36,798 bases of DNA from positions 1-36,798 of IMG/VR virus record IMGVR_UViG_3300005573_000186, one strand, 5' to 3'. Made by a program: the position numbers and the translations under genes. This DNA comes from a virus (taxonomy: Duplodnaviria; Caudoviricetes). Below, piece by piece: positions 15,730 through 26,716 of this stretch. The stretch's first letter is position 1. The number at the start of each line of letters is the position of its first letter. A model generated the notes under the pieces. That model saw only the letters and a list, made by a program, of their open reading frames with translations, was not told where the DNA came from and did no database searches.

Positions 15730-18700
15730 TTATCCCTCCCTTCCTATAATTTTACCTCGGACAGTAAGGTTAATAAGCTCTATTTCACTATTATTATTAG
15801 GAGTTACCAAAATATCAAAGTAAAATGTGTTCCCTATAAGATTAAGATGATGTAGGTCTGACTTAATCCCATTTTCTCCTAATAAAAACATAATAAATTG
15901 ATCTGATACTTCTTTATCATTATCATTGTACCCTTTTATGGCTATTTGGGCTGTTCCAGCGTCAGTACCAGAAAAGGTAGCAAATGCCTTAATCCTTCTT
16001 ACATTGGCCTGATAAAGTAGTGTGTTTGCAAACGGTTTAATCCCACTTTTAAGATGGCAATCATACTGAGCGCCAAGCATTGTAGTGCCAGTATTAAGTT
16101 CTACAATATTTTTGTCTGTAAAACCTATTAGCTTTTGCTCTTCTGGCCCATTATACGTTGCCCCTCCAATAAGAGGGGAATTTCCCCTATCCATCTGAGA
16201 CCATTTCTTGTGTATAAGGTCAAAGAGATATTCTTTGTATTTAGCCCCATCGTGTAAAATAAGATGGAGTCTCGAATTGCGAACATCATAAAAAGTAGCT
16301 ACTCTGTGTCTGAGTATCTCGTAGTTAGGATCCATGAATATGTTAGATATATCATCTGATATTGTGATAAGAGAGGCATTATCGAAAAGATACACCCCAG
16401 CAGGCCCTGCGAAAAGAACCACTGACCTATTTACTCCTTCTGTGATTCTTATTCCCAAGTCACATACAGCTACTGCGTTTGGGGACATAGCTCCTATACT
16501 TTTAGATACGGCAAGTATCTTCGTATCATCTTGTTTTGTCCCCTGCAGATAGTATAGAGATCTATCTTTAAATAAAAGCAGTGTTTCTGAGATGTCATTC
16601 CCATATCTTGAAAATAGGGATACTACTTTCCTAATCGGTTCCGCATCTCCCACATAGGCAGTAATCGTTTCTTCGCCAGACCAGATGTAGGGGCTCATTG
16701 GTGCTGATATTTTAACTTCGTTCGCAGATCCAGATAGTAACTCTCTCCCAGCTAAAACAAGCCTGCCGTTCCAGGAAGTACACGAAATATAACTTGAAAG
16801 TTCCTCGATAGCTGGGATTACCTCTATTTGATCTACAAAGACATTTGCGCTTAAGGCAGAACTCCATTGGAGCTTGTAGTAATATAGTGGCGTATCGGTA
16901 TTTATTGTAGTTTTCCGTTCTTGGTTTGCGCCCGCAGGAGTAAAATACACAACACCGTCATGGTTAAAAGATTTGCCGTTTCTGCTTGTCTCATCTGAAA
17001 TAGAATCTACTGCAACCCAATCACTCCCGTTGTGATAATACACGTTTAAAGTGCATGCGTTTTGGTTAGCCCATGTCTTACCCTCATATTCAGTTGCGAA
17101 TGTGACCCTGAATCCCATGCATCTGACCACACTACCTATATATATTTCAGTGGCACCATCAAGCCTCATGGTTGTTTCTGGGCTTGGGATGTATGATGAT
17201 GAGCTAAGCCAAGTAAGGACAGAGTCTCGCTTGGAAACTTGTATGGTGTGGTCTGTATAGTTACCCTGGTTTGATTTCAGGCACGAAGCAGGTGGGAAGG
17301 TCTGCCCACTCCAGAGATTGGGGATTTGTTGAGGAATAGTATCGCAAGTTAGGTAATAAAGGGTGATATTATCAGGGAGAGTCTGCGAGCCTATTAGTCG
17401 TATCCTATACCAATATAACTGCATAGTATACAAATATCTGTATTTGTCATTAGGCCATTTAGCAGTTATATCTTCTGTAAAATCAAAGCTAATTTTACCT
17501 GATCTGGTAAAGCCAATTGTGCCATCGGTTATACTTGGTGCTGTTTCCCATGTACTACCTGTCCATCTGCTAACGGATATGCTACTGCTTACAGTATTGG
17601 GTTGCGTCAAATAAACATTTATGCCTCTCAATGCTAAGGGCGATCCAATATATAATTCAATATACCCATCATTTGTTTTTTTTAGGGTAGCTTTTAGATT
17701 AGGATCTTCTGTAGCAACTTTATCGGTAATATCAACATATTGCAGGGAAGGCTCAGCAAGCACAACCTTTACATCATCTATATGCACAGCAGCGGGGTCT
17801 GATTCCACCATTACAGAGCCACTAAAAGCAATCGAACCTGCATCCGCTCCAGCAGTGATAATTTCGCTATAGGTCCCTAAATTATTTCTGGGAGTACCAC
17901 TTGTCCCACCTAAGATGGGTGTGATCTCAAAATATATTGGTGACCCTTCTACAGCTGCAATCGTAAAAGTAACTATATAGTTTTTGTATTTCTTTAAGTC
18001 AGATAATGTTTGGCTTAACTGACCTGGGGAAGACCCACTGTTTAATTTGGCCATTTTGATCCCAGAATCCCAAGACCAGAGATTCCCCCATGTCCAATAG
18101 TCGTTTGTGTTAAAATCGCCATTTTTCACTATATCGTCTGATGTGCCAAATGGTATCGAATTTATAACAGCCCCTACTCTATGTTCATCTCCTCCGTATA
18201 TTATATTATGAAACCCATTCGTAAAAACTATAGTATTGTCTGGCGCTATAGTGAATTGGCCTTTCAGATTTCCTTTGTACTTGATCCATTTTACTGTGCC
18301 GTCTTCAATGATATCGTTGTAATTATAGTCATCAAAATTAGGTGGAGTCTCCCCAGTTAGGCCAGATTTAGCACAATATAAGAAATAATCTGGTGGAGAT
18401 GATATACGAGGTGCTACAAGTACGACATTACCCGCGTTATAATAAGCCCAGGATAAGTAATACCATGCTATAACTCGTTTCCTCAAATATGAAGATGGAT
18501 TGCTATAGGTAGATGGAAGATCCTTTACATAATATAGGGAAGAGGCCTCAATAGCAGTAGTTGAATAAGTATCATTAAGGTAAGTCTGGTAGGCTATAAT
18601 CTTTTCGCCTGAAATCTCACCTGAAATAAAAGCACAAATAGCCCATTTTTCAGACGATGATAATTGCGCCATACCTTTAGCAGTTTTTATCCCATTTTGC

Positions 18701-18828
18701 GTATATACAAAATTAGTAAGTTCCGAGAAATCGTTCTGCCCTATTAGGAAGGAGGAATGGGATGTAATTAACTTCCCAGTGAAAGGAACATCATGGTAAA
18801 AGTCCTGGCTTGCAGTGATGTTAGCCAT
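15730..18828 (-). CDS. Tail nozzle / tail tubular protein B-like, with inserted beta-rich domains
   Basis: N-terminal FTGKL...ELTNFV; C-terminal beta-propeller-like repeats (WNGRLVLAG, LLLFKDRSLYYL, SIGAMSPNAV, ISDDI). Follows the adaptor gene. Confidence 0.7.
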   Translation of the reverse strand: MANITASQDFYHDVPFTGKLITSHSSFLIGQNDFSELTNFVYTQNGIKTAKGMAQLSSSEKWAICAFISGEISGEKIIAYQTYLNDTYSTTAIEASSLYYVKDLPSTYSNPSSYLRKRVIAWYYLSWAYYNAGNVVLVAPRISSPPDYFLYCAKSGLTGETPPNFDDYNYNDIIEDGTVKWIKYKGNLKGQFTIAPDNTIVFTNGFHNIIYGGDEHRVGAVINSIPFGTSDDIVKNGDFNTNDYWTWGNLWSWDSGIKMAKLNSGSSPGQLSQTLSDLKKYKNYIVTFTIAAVEGSPIYFEITPILGGTSGTPRNNLGTYSEIITAGADAGSIAFSGSVMVESDPAAVHIDDVKVVLAEPSLQYVDITDKVATEDPNLKATLKKTNDGYIELYIGSPLALRGINVYLTQPNTVSSSISVSRWTGSTWETAPSITDGTIGFTRSGKISFDFTEDITAKWPNDKYRYLYTMQLYWYRIRLIGSQTLPDNITLYYLTCDTIPQQIPNLWSGQTFPPASCLKSNQGNYTDHTIQVSKRDSVLTWLSSSSYIPSPETTMRLDGATEIYIGSVVRCMGFRVTFATEYEGKTWANQNACTLNVYYHNGSDWVAVDSISDETSRNGKSFNHDGVVYFTPAGANQERKTTINTDTPLYYYKLQWSSALSANVFVDQIEVIPAIEELSSYISCTSWNGRLVLAGRELLSGSANEVKISAPMSPYIWSGEETITAYVGDAEPIRKVVSLFSRYGNDISETLLLFKDRSLYYLQGTKQDDTKILAVSKSIGAMSPNAVAVCDLGIRITEGVNRSVVLFAGPAGVYLFDNASLITISDDISNIFMDPNYEILRHRVATFYDVRNSRLHLILHDGAKYKEYLFDLIHKKWSQMDRGNSPLIGGATYNGPEEQKLIGFTDKNIVELNTGTTMLGAQYDCHLKSGIKPFANTLLYQANVRRIKAFATFSGTDAGTAQIAIKGYNDNDKEVSDQFIMFLLGENGIKSDLHHLNLIGNTFYFDILVTPNNNSEIELINLTVRGKIIGREG

Positions 18829-18843
18829 ATTCTCCTCTTAGAG

Positions 18844-19737
18844 CTACACTTCTTTCTTCCATTGCCACTTGATCTGCGGCCTGTACTCAGCACTCTTAAT
18901 AGGAGCATATCTCCTAATACCTGCCTCAAATATCATGAAGTATTTATCGCCATATACTGGTTCTCTGTCTTTGTATTTATATAACCAGCATATATAGCAA
19001 GCTACTGGAATGAGTAGATCCTGTGGGATGGGAATAGGCCTATAAGGAGAATATATCGGTGGAAGTGTATGGTAATAGTATATGTCAAGATCAAAGTTCT
19101 CTGATGGTGTGGGATAGAATGTTATTATATTGATAGGCGGACGGGTAATAACATATTTTTGATTCACATCTATAGATGTTGGTGGTACTGTTGCTATGAT
19201 AAGAGTAGTTGGAGAAATATAGTCCACAATATAGCCATTGTAGACATATACAGTATGCTCTAAATGGATTGTTCCACCTACGAAGCTCTGGAAAAAGTAC
19301 GCTCCCAAATCTGTGAGTTGGACTTCACCATTTATAGGGTAAGCAGCTTGGCTTGCCATTCCTCTTATTGTTGAATCAGAAAATCTAAAATTTAAAGTAT
19401 AGTTTGTAGGTATCTTTGCCGTGACTGATTTATCTAACCCAAGATAAGTTCCATAGTCTATATAAGAGATCTTGTTGTTCTTATAGTAGATAACTGGTTC
19501 TGCGTAGTCATCTGTGGATCTGGCAAAAAACTTTAAAAAATCGTATGGCAAGGCATAAGAGGCTTGCCCTGCTAATATGTTAATGGTGCTTTGCTTGATA
19601 AATAACTGAGTCCTTCTAACTACTTCCCTTAATGCGGCATTCAGTAACTCGTAAGTAGTAGCGTCATCAATGAATGATGAGGTTTCTGCTTCATTTATGA
19701 GGCTATAAACTTTTGATATTACTGTTTTGGCATCCAT
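18844..19737 (-). CDS. Head-tail adaptor (tail tubular protein A-like)
   Basis: LLNAALREV...GQASYALPYDF...FYPTP...IPQDL pattern and position. Confidence 0.75.
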   Translation of the reverse strand: MDAKTVISKVYSLINEAETSSFIDDATTYELLNAALREVVRRTQLFIKQSTINILAGQASYALPYDFLKFFARSTDDYAEPVIYYKNNKISYIDYGTYLGLDKSVTAKIPTNYTLNFRFSDSTIRGMASQAAYPINGEVQLTDLGAYFFQSFVGGTIHLEHTVYVYNGYIVDYISPTTLIIATVPPTSIDVNQKYVITRPPINIITFYPTPSENFDLDIYYYHTLPPIYSPYRPIPIPQDLLIPVACYICWLYKYKDREPVYGDKYFMIFEAGIRRYAPIKSAEYRPQIKWQWKKEV

Positions 19738-20324
19738 TAGGGCCTCAAGATTTCAACATTAGTTGGCTCCCCTAAAATTTTCCTGCCTATTTTCCACATT
19801 AACTCTGCTTGCGTCCTACTCACCTTCCCTTTCACGGGTTTAATGTTACATGCCATGGCCCATTTGAGTTCCATATCATTCAAAGAGATAGCAGGTTCTG
19901 CCATTCTCCTTGCTTCTTCACTGGGATCCACTATTCCTCTCTCCATCTGATCCCTGGGGAATAGGGAATTAGCAATCTTTTCCGATAGAGTACTAACTAC
20001 TTTGGCAATCATATCAATGCTCTTTTTATTGAACTTTGGTATGGCATCGTTCAGTGATTGGAGCCTTTCCTTATATGTTTTCAGCTTCGCATTGAATTCC
20101 CCTCTCCTGCCGTCAGGGACATAACCTTCTTTCAGGGCATATTCCATCCTGGAGATAGTAGCTTCAAGCTCTTCTCTGTAAGCAGAATTGTACCACAATG
20201 GTAGGGTGCTTGCGATCTTTTTGCCGTCTGGGGACAAATCAGATTGTGTAAATACTGTAAAGTCTGGATTTTCCCAATCATCAACATCTGTTCTAATAAC
20301 CTTAGTAGGTGTTGCTACCGCCAT
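19737..20324 (-). CDS. Hypothetical protein (morphogenesis cluster)
   Basis: SD GAGGAGGT. TAATG overlap with the adaptor gene. Confidence 0.75.
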   Translation of the reverse strand: MAVATPTKVIRTDVDDWENPDFTVFTQSDLSPDGKKIASTLPLWYNSAYREELEATISRMEYALKEGYVPDGRRGEFNAKLKTYKERLQSLNDAIPKFNKKSIDMIAKVVSTLSEKIANSLFPRDQMERGIVDPSEEARRMAEPAISLNDMELKWAMACNIKPVKGKVSRTQAELMWKIGRKILGEPTNVEILRP

Positions 20325-20355
20325 ACTTACCTCCTCTCGCTGTTTAGTAGTTTAT

Positions 20356-20382
20356 CCCCTATGGCCATGAAGGCCACAGGGG
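20356..20382 (-). other. Stem-loop just after the capsid stop codon (mRNA stabiliser or weak terminator)
   Basis: CCCCTGTGGCC-TTCAT-GGCCATAGGGG on -, with no U-tract. Confidence 0.55.
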
Positions 20383-20391
20383 TTATGTTAT

Positions 20392-21330
20392 TTATACAAT
20401 AGATCCAAAGATCCCACGCCAGTTAATCCATCCACAACCAAATGAGCTATAAACACTGTGCTTGATTGAGAAGGTTTCAAAGTCTGTAATTGTGGCATGT
20501 TCCTCTTTGATCCTATCCAGCCAAATCACAAATTGCTTGAAGTACCTTGAATCAATCAAAAACCAGTTGGTGGTGGATACCTGATCAAGATATACCCAAG
20601 GTATAACCTTAAATGCCTTGTACAGGACATTTATAGCGTGATTTGCTGTAGTAGGATCTAACTCCGATTCTGCTCCTGACCTGGGATCATAGCCAGTAAT
20701 TTCAAGTGCAGCATCATACAACGATACAGGCACCACAAGAGTATCAGGCATCACATCAATCGGGTTCCCAACATCGTCCTTAAATTTCATCATGGTTACC
20801 CTTGCAGCAGCCAGGGAGGTCTTACTCAATGCAGATGTTCCATAGTTTGTGAACCCTGAGGCAGTGGACACTCCACTTTTGGTTGAATGGTTACCACATA
20901 GAGCAACGCCTTCTTCGTTTTGCATAAACTCCCACGCAGCAGAGAATGCATAATTGAAGATATTGGCGGCTCTTTTCTCTTTCGTCCTTGCCAGACTACG
21001 CCCAAGGGCTTGCTGGAAGTTTTCCATAACCCTAAATTGCTTGGTGTCTATGAGTCGCCTTTCGATCATAACGCCAGCAGCAAATTCCTGGGTTTCTATT
21101 CTTGTCCAGAATCCAGGAGCAGGGCTAATATATTCCAGCTTCCCGTCAAACTTAGGAATATCAGGCAAAGATCCTACATCCCAATATTCCTCGGCAAGCC
21201 TATTAGTTTTATCCACCCCAAACAGTTGCGGAGCAACTAACTTAGTTGGGGAGAGATAATCTTCAAGGACTTTGGTAAGGTTCCTATCAAGGAGTTTTGC
21301 AAAATTCTGTAAAGTTATTAGATCAGCCAT
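20392..21330 (-). CDS. Major capsid protein (HK97 fold, Mu gpT-like family)
   Basis: DGxLEY, LGRSLARTKE..AANIFN, KDDVGNPI..PDTLVVP, YL...TNWFL, GWINWRGIFGS. Confidence 0.85.
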   Translation of the reverse strand: MADLITLQNFAKLLDRNLTKVLEDYLSPTKLVAPQLFGVDKTNRLAEEYWDVGSLPDIPKFDGKLEYISPAPGFWTRIETQEFAAGVMIERRLIDTKQFRVMENFQQALGRSLARTKEKRAANIFNYAFSAAWEFMQNEEGVALCGNHSTKSGVSTASGFTNYGTSALSKTSLAAARVTMMKFKDDVGNPIDVMPDTLVVPVSLYDAALEITGYDPRSGAESELDPTTANHAINVLYKAFKVIPWVYLDQVSTTNWFLIDSRYFKQFVIWLDRIKEEHATITDFETFSIKHSVYSSFGCGWINWRGIFGSIV

Positions 21331-21340
21331 TGTTTACCTC

Positions 21341-22090
21341 CTATGCAAACCTAAAAGTTACAGTTTCTTGCCCAGGCACAGCCAGATTAACTTCTTCAAC
21401 TATAATGTAGTAGTAGTTGGAAAGAGCATTTGCTGGGTCTACATACATGCTAAGAGAGTCAAACTGTACTTTTGATTGGCCAAGTGTTACATTAGCTCTT
21501 ACAAAATAATCTGATGTCGCTATTGCGTAAGGCCAATATACAGGGAAATTAGATGTAGTTTTAGAACCATCGTTGCTATCATTACCGTTGACCCTGTATA
21601 TGCCTTTGTTAGCACCTGAACGGCAGTAGAATACAGTGTTGTAGTCTACTGTTCCTTGTGAGCTTTCAGCTTTAGTTATTGTAGCACCTGAGGCATTTGC
21701 ATCAGCGGGGTGAAATTCTGTTAATGCTCCGCCGAATGTTCCTTGAATGACTGTATCCTTCCCTATAAGCTCAACCTGAACCATAGGGATAGGATCTCCA
21801 AGGCTCCACATCCCCTGTGCTCCTTGCCATTTACGGGCCTTTTGATCAGATTGACTTTGGGCGCCTGTTATGTAATCGGTTTTATAGGTAGAGCTATAAG
21901 TAGGATCTTTATCATTAGTAGCCACTACAACACCAATAGGCCTTTTTGTATCGCCTAAAGTAGTCGCAGATCCAAGAGGGAATACAAGCCCACCTATAGT
22001 CGTTACCAGTTGCCCTACATATATTGTTTGGCCGTTGGCTACGGGCAACCATATAGTACCAAGGCCAGATTCCTTTGCTACTTTAAACAT
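21341..22090 (-). CDS. Putative capsid decoration / cement protein
   Basis: IYVGQLV...IGVVV pattern, located between scaffold and capsid genes. Confidence 0.55.
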   Translation of the reverse strand: MFKVAKESGLGTIWLPVANGQTIYVGQLVTTIGGLVFPLGSATTLGDTKRPIGVVVATNDKDPTYSSTYKTDYITGAQSQSDQKARKWQGAQGMWSLGDPIPMVQVELIGKDTVIQGTFGGALTEFHPADANASGATITKAESSQGTVDYNTVFYCRSGANKGIYRVNGNDSNDGSKTTSNFPVYWPYAIATSDYFVRANVTLGQSKVQFDSLSMYVDPANALSNYYYIIVEEVNLAVPGQETVTFRFA

Positions 22091-22104
22091 ATCATAACCT
22101 CCTT

Positions 22105-22851
22105 CTATTTAGCTTTTCTGTTTACACCAGCTTTCGGGCTGATAACTTCGGTTTCCATTGCGGCCCTAATGTCATCATCCTTCAAGCCAAAGTATTCTGC
22201 CAGTTCATACGATGTAGGATCAAGATTATATTTTTTACCATAGTCCGATGTATTAGACCTGGAAGGGTAATTAGGTGAATCACCACGTCCTTTGTAAGTT
22301 TGCCTCGATAGAACTTCTACTTTTGCCTTTAAATATCCTATCTCAGCATCCTTAACAGGGTCGCCAGTGAACACCATATTGTATTTGTCTGCCCACGTGT
22401 TGTAAATCTCGGTCCTGAGACTGCTGTCCTCTTGACCAAGAAAGGTTTGGAATGTTTTGACATAAGCATTTTCATATTTAGTTTTCTCTTCCATCCGTCG
22501 CCTTTCCCGTTCTTCGAGGAGCTTCAGGACATCCTTTTTAGTAGTAACCACCTCATCATCCTCATCATCATTGGATTCATCATGAGGATAATCTTTTGTA
22601 GATCCAGGTTTGGACACACGGTCCACGAGGCTCTCCAGAAGTTTCTTTTGTTCCTCCAGAGTTGTTGTCAGAGTAGTCATCATGGTTTCAAGGTACTTAA
22701 CCTTCCGTCCAAGGCGAGAGCGTTCTGCTGAGTCGTCTTGTGGCGGTTGGGAGTCCTTTCCACCACCCTGAGCATCTGGGGAAGGAGTGCCGTCTTCCTG
22801 ACCTACTGTCTGTTGCCCTTCTTCTGGGTCTAACTTTTCAAAATCTACCAT
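22105..22851 (-). CDS. Capsid scaffolding protein
   Basis: Acidic disordered N-terminus, coiled coil and C-terminal LAEYFGL helix. Lies between portal and capsid genes. Confidence 0.7.
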   Translation of the reverse strand: MVDFEKLDPEEGQQTVGQEDGTPSPDAQGGGKDSQPPQDDSAERSRLGRKVKYLETMMTTLTTTLEEQKKLLESLVDRVSKPGSTKDYPHDESNDDEDDEVVTTKKDVLKLLEERERRRMEEKTKYENAYVKTFQTFLGQEDSSLRTEIYNTWADKYNMVFTGDPVKDAEIGYLKAKVEVLSRQTYKGRGDSPNYPSRSNTSDYGKKYNLDPTSYELAEYFGLKDDDIRAAMETEVISPKAGVNRKAK

Positions 22852-22859
22852 GTATCCTC

Positions 22860-23174
22860 CTATTCAGTTTGGATAACTTCTTGTGAATTCTCATATGTTA
22901 TAATATATGAACTCCATTTCTGAATCAAGTCAGTCAATATCTTATACTCTATTTTATCATGATCTGTTGATTCTAACGAAGCTATCTTTTCCAGGGCTTT
23001 AGCATGCATATTTACAAGATCGTTCAGGATGGCTTGCCCTACGTCTGTTTCTATAGCTTCAACGAAAGGCTTTATCTTTTTAAGCAAAACAAGAGCTTGA
23101 TTTTTGATGGTAGTTGTATTCCTCAAATAGCTTGTAGGCGATGTGGTAATGCCTTGAGGCCTATCGTGTCTCAT
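22860..23174 (-). CDS. Small helical protein downstream of the portal gene
   Basis: ETDVGQAILNDL motif. Abuts the portal stop codon. Confidence 0.6.
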   Translation of the reverse strand: MRHDRPQGITTSPTSYLRNTTTIKNQALVLLKKIKPFVEAIETDVGQAILNDLVNMHAKALEKIASLESTDHDKIEYKILTDLIQKWSSYIITYENSQEVIQTE

Positions 23175-25088
23175 TTATATCCCCCTTGCTGTTTGTTCGC
23201 CCAAAGACATCTGCATACCGTATTGGTTCGATGAGGCAACCTCTTTTGGTTTGGGTGCCTTGCCTGTGGAGATGGGTTGCCCTTGCTCTTGCTCTTGTGT
23301 CGGGCTTCCCTGGAATAATCTTTGTAGTACACTATACTCCCCACCCATTAGCTTCAGGATTTCCTGCAAGATATAGTTCGCAACATTGATAGCTTGAGGA
23401 TGCTTGAGATTAGAAACGATTTGGAGGATATTAATGTAGTTCTGGATCTTATTTCTTTTTGATTGTTCGAGTTCCACTGCTGAGGTAACTGGTTTATAGG
23501 TATAGTCTGCATCTGGGTCAAAATAAACTATCAAGTCTCCAAGGATTTCTCTTGCTGTTTCTTCTCTCATGTATTGATATGCCATCTGAAGCATGATCCA
23601 ATAGAGTTCACAGTTAAATGTGTACTCAAATGAAAGCGCCTTATATGACATTCTCGTATCTGCTCTTTGCTCTGCACCTGCTACAGCAGTTGCTGTAGTA
23701 GAAGCCTTTATAGATCCGATGTTCCCCATAGTAGTAGGGAATATGGCTCTTACCTGCTGTAGTTCATTCACAAGTCCAGCAAATTGCGCCATAGCTCCTT
23801 GTATATTATCACTAATTTTTAGCTCCTGGAGGTCATTTGCTGGATCATCGAGCAACAAAGGTTTATTAGGGGATATTACGAGTTCTCCTGGGTCTATATC
23901 AACATTCCTGCGGAGCTTGAAAGCAGGGAAAGTAGCAAGCATAACTCTGTCATTTGAAATGTTGATTGTGTCATTGATGGCTTCTTGTAGATTGAGAGCA
24001 AATTCGGTATCCGTACTTCCTTCTGATCTGGAAGGATGAATATAATAAATACCTCTTACGATAGGCCTATATGGAATGTTTTTGGAAGTTACATTTCGTT
24101 GCGGATCAAACCTGATGAGGATATAATTACTTCCAGATTTAACAAAAGTTATGATTGTCTCTATTAACTCTGCTTTTTCGAGTGGATTGCCCTGGGGATC
24201 TATCCCAGGGGAAATTCTGAGAGGAACCCCATACTTATCTCTTTCAAGTACTATCGCCCAGAACTTACCGTACCGTTCGTAGACATCATAGAGAAGTTGC
24301 GCTGTGTAGGGGAAAGTATATCTTGTATCTTTGTTGTAAGACTCCCTGGCGGTTTCAGTTTCGGGATCAGGCTTAAGTTCTTTAACTTTATCTAAGTTGA
24401 AATAGTTGCATAGTTCCTTATCCTTCTCAAGTTCGTCATATGATTTCTCATGCCTAATAATTACATATCGTTTTTCTTGGATAGAGTATGTGTATTCAGG
24501 GCTCACAAAAACATTTCTTGGATCAATCACATCACAGTTAAAATGATCCTTGATAATCTTTTCTTTTTTCACAACCCTTGGCACAGTGATCCTGGTTGGG
24601 GGGTTATCACCTATCCCTGGTATAATTTGTTCTTCATGAATTATATCATCTATCTCTTCGATTTCCTGTTCCCACCAACACAACATATAAACCACACCAG
24701 CCAGTTGTCTTATAGCAGATGCTCTTATAAGCTTTTGGAAGTAATATAAGTCTTTTCTGTTTAGCATCTTATTTATAAGTCTTTTGACAGCATCACATTT
24801 GTCCTTGTCTTCTGGATTATCCCCTTCAAGATAAACTTCAACGAAATCTCTTGTTTGGAAATACTGTGAGGCTACTATAGAGGCTTCTGTGATATATGAT
24901 GAGAAGAACTCTGGGATATTAACATCTGATTGCCAAGCATATTTTTCTGACGTTCGATAACCGTCTATAACTGCGATAGCTTTTTCATAGGTATCTGAGA
25001 TAAGGGCATTATTAGACCTTGAAGCATTGATCTCTGTGCTGACGATATTAGCTATTGTTGCTTCCACATCTTTGATCTTCTTTTTCAT
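23175..25088 (-). CDS. Portal protein
   Basis: 637 aa directly after TerL. IDPRNVFVSP, LQEAINDTINISNDRV and TATAV motifs of P22/T7-like portals. Confidence 0.88.
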   Translation of the reverse strand: MKKKIKDVEATIANIVSTEINASRSNNALISDTYEKAIAVIDGYRTSEKYAWQSDVNIPEFFSSYITEASIVASQYFQTRDFVEVYLEGDNPEDKDKCDAVKRLINKMLNRKDLYYFQKLIRASAIRQLAGVVYMLCWWEQEIEEIDDIIHEEQIIPGIGDNPPTRITVPRVVKKEKIIKDHFNCDVIDPRNVFVSPEYTYSIQEKRYVIIRHEKSYDELEKDKELCNYFNLDKVKELKPDPETETARESYNKDTRYTFPYTAQLLYDVYERYGKFWAIVLERDKYGVPLRISPGIDPQGNPLEKAELIETIITFVKSGSNYILIRFDPQRNVTSKNIPYRPIVRGIYYIHPSRSEGSTDTEFALNLQEAINDTINISNDRVMLATFPAFKLRRNVDIDPGELVISPNKPLLLDDPANDLQELKISDNIQGAMAQFAGLVNELQQVRAIFPTTMGNIGSIKASTTATAVAGAEQRADTRMSYKALSFEYTFNCELYWIMLQMAYQYMREETAREILGDLIVYFDPDADYTYKPVTSAVELEQSKRNKIQNYINILQIVSNLKHPQAINVANYILQEILKLMGGEYSVLQRLFQGSPTQEQEQGQPISTGKAPKPKEVASSNQYGMQMSLGEQTARGI

Positions 25089-26716
25089 CTGATAGCCCCA
25101 GAAGTCTTATTATTAAAATACGGCAATGTATTGTCAAGACTATTCACCACTAACCTAATAGGGCTCATCAATGCTCGTTCTTTAAGAGCGCCTTCCAATG
25201 CTGTGCAAAAATGGCTATATTTCTGTTGAGGTTTTTCTTTCAAATCGTTTTCAAGGAGTTTATCCCTATCCTTCCAGCTTTCATAGCTCCAGTTTTTCAT
25301 AGACTCTATAGTATATCTGCATGTAGAAAATATCCAGATGGTGGGGATACTTCCGTTTTGGTTATTAAAGGGTCTCCCTGCCATAATAGATCCCTTTAAT
25401 CTTCTTCTGACTTCTTCTCTTCCAACAGAACTCTGTGTGTCAAAGCTTCTCCAATAAGCCCCAGAGCAAATACCTTCCTGTTTAAATTTAAAAAACAACC
25501 TATTGAGTTCCTGGACTGGAGAGGTAGAGGTAGTGATTGATTTGATCTGTGCTCTTGGGTCAATAAGATCTGCTACATATCTGTATTTCTTTGATTTCCT
25601 GGCAATAAGCATTGCTATCTGGTCTATAGTATGGCTATGAGGAGACACCTTAAGTTCATCATAGATAAATACTTCGTTTTGGGGTGAGATGGCCCCCCAC
25701 AAGCAAGCCCAATCGTTAGATTCATGATAATCTATGGTTCGGAAATGTTTCCATTCTGCGGGGACATTAGTAGATCCAAAGTAGTCTATGGGATTAATCA
25801 CATGTACAAGTGCATTGAAATCCTTATATACCTTGCCAGACACATTTGAGAATAGGCCATACCTTCTAACATCAATATCTGCTTCTTCTGCCATCATAAA
25901 GAATCTTGTGTCTATGAACTCTTTGTAGCTACCGTAAGGAGGTGTATCACCTAAGGTTTTATACTTTTCTAATTCTCTCTCATAGATCTGCATGAGGTAT
26001 GGATTGTCGTCTGTAGCACTATAGATTACGGTAATATCAAGGTTGCTGTCAAGGTGTTGTTCTTCAAATGCTTCTGCATGTCTCATTCGTTCTTTTAGAC
26101 GTTGGACAACAGCTTTTGATCTATAGATGTGTTTTGCTTTCTGGTATATCATAGTATAGATCCATTCTGCTTCACTTTCTGCAGGTGTAAGGGTGATTAT
26201 CATATCCCCACCTGTACTAAGCAATCTCATGTAGTTTTCCTCAAATACCGAGTAAGGCGGGCATTCATCCATCCATATATACGCCCTTTCTACTCCTGCC
26301 ATAGCCCCAACAGATTGGGCGAATGAGGTAAATTCAACCTGGATATGTTTAGCTGAAAATGGATCTCTTATAGTAACAACGGGATTTTTATAGGTTATAT
26401 CCTTAACTATAAGTTCAGAGGGTAATCTTTTCATTAGCTCAGGATACTGTGTGTTTTTCACTGTAGTTTGCCCTTCTACTTTAGAAGGCAGAACTTTTGA
26501 GGCAAATCTCACAACTCTGGAGGGCATATCGTCAGAGAAGTTTTTGTGGGGGATAGGATGAATGCGGAATAGACGGAGCATAAAGTCCATAACAGCAGTA
26601 GCTGTTTTGCCTGTTCTATTGCCTCCTATAAGAACAGTAATAGTAGAGTTAGAGTGGGTTAGCTTGTCTAACTGGAAGGATGGGATAAAATCAGCAAATG
26701 TAAACTCTGCCGCCAT
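25085..26716 (-). CDS. terL: Terminase large subunit
   Basis: Walker A GGNRTGKT, Walker B YIWMDE, coupling motif TLTP, DNPYL, GKVYKDF and nuclease RTIDYH. Confidence 0.93.
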   Translation of the reverse strand: MAAEFTFADFIPSFQLDKLTHSNSTITVLIGGNRTGKTATAVMDFMLRLFRIHPIPHKNFSDDMPSRVVRFASKVLPSKVEGQTTVKNTQYPELMKRLPSELIVKDITYKNPVVTIRDPFSAKHIQVEFTSFAQSVGAMAGVERAYIWMDECPPYSVFEENYMRLLSTGGDMIITLTPAESEAEWIYTMIYQKAKHIYRSKAVVQRLKERMRHAEAFEEQHLDSNLDITVIYSATDDNPYLMQIYERELEKYKTLGDTPPYGSYKEFIDTRFFMMAEEADIDVRRYGLFSNVSGKVYKDFNALVHVINPIDYFGSTNVPAEWKHFRTIDYHESNDWACLWGAISPQNEVFIYDELKVSPHSHTIDQIAMLIARKSKKYRYVADLIDPRAQIKSITTSTSPVQELNRLFFKFKQEGICSGAYWRSFDTQSSVGREEVRRRLKGSIMAGRPFNNQNGSIPTIWIFSTCRYTIESMKNWSYESWKDRDKLLENDLKEKPQQKYSHFCTALEGALKERALMSPIRLVVNSLDNTLPYFNNKTSGAIR

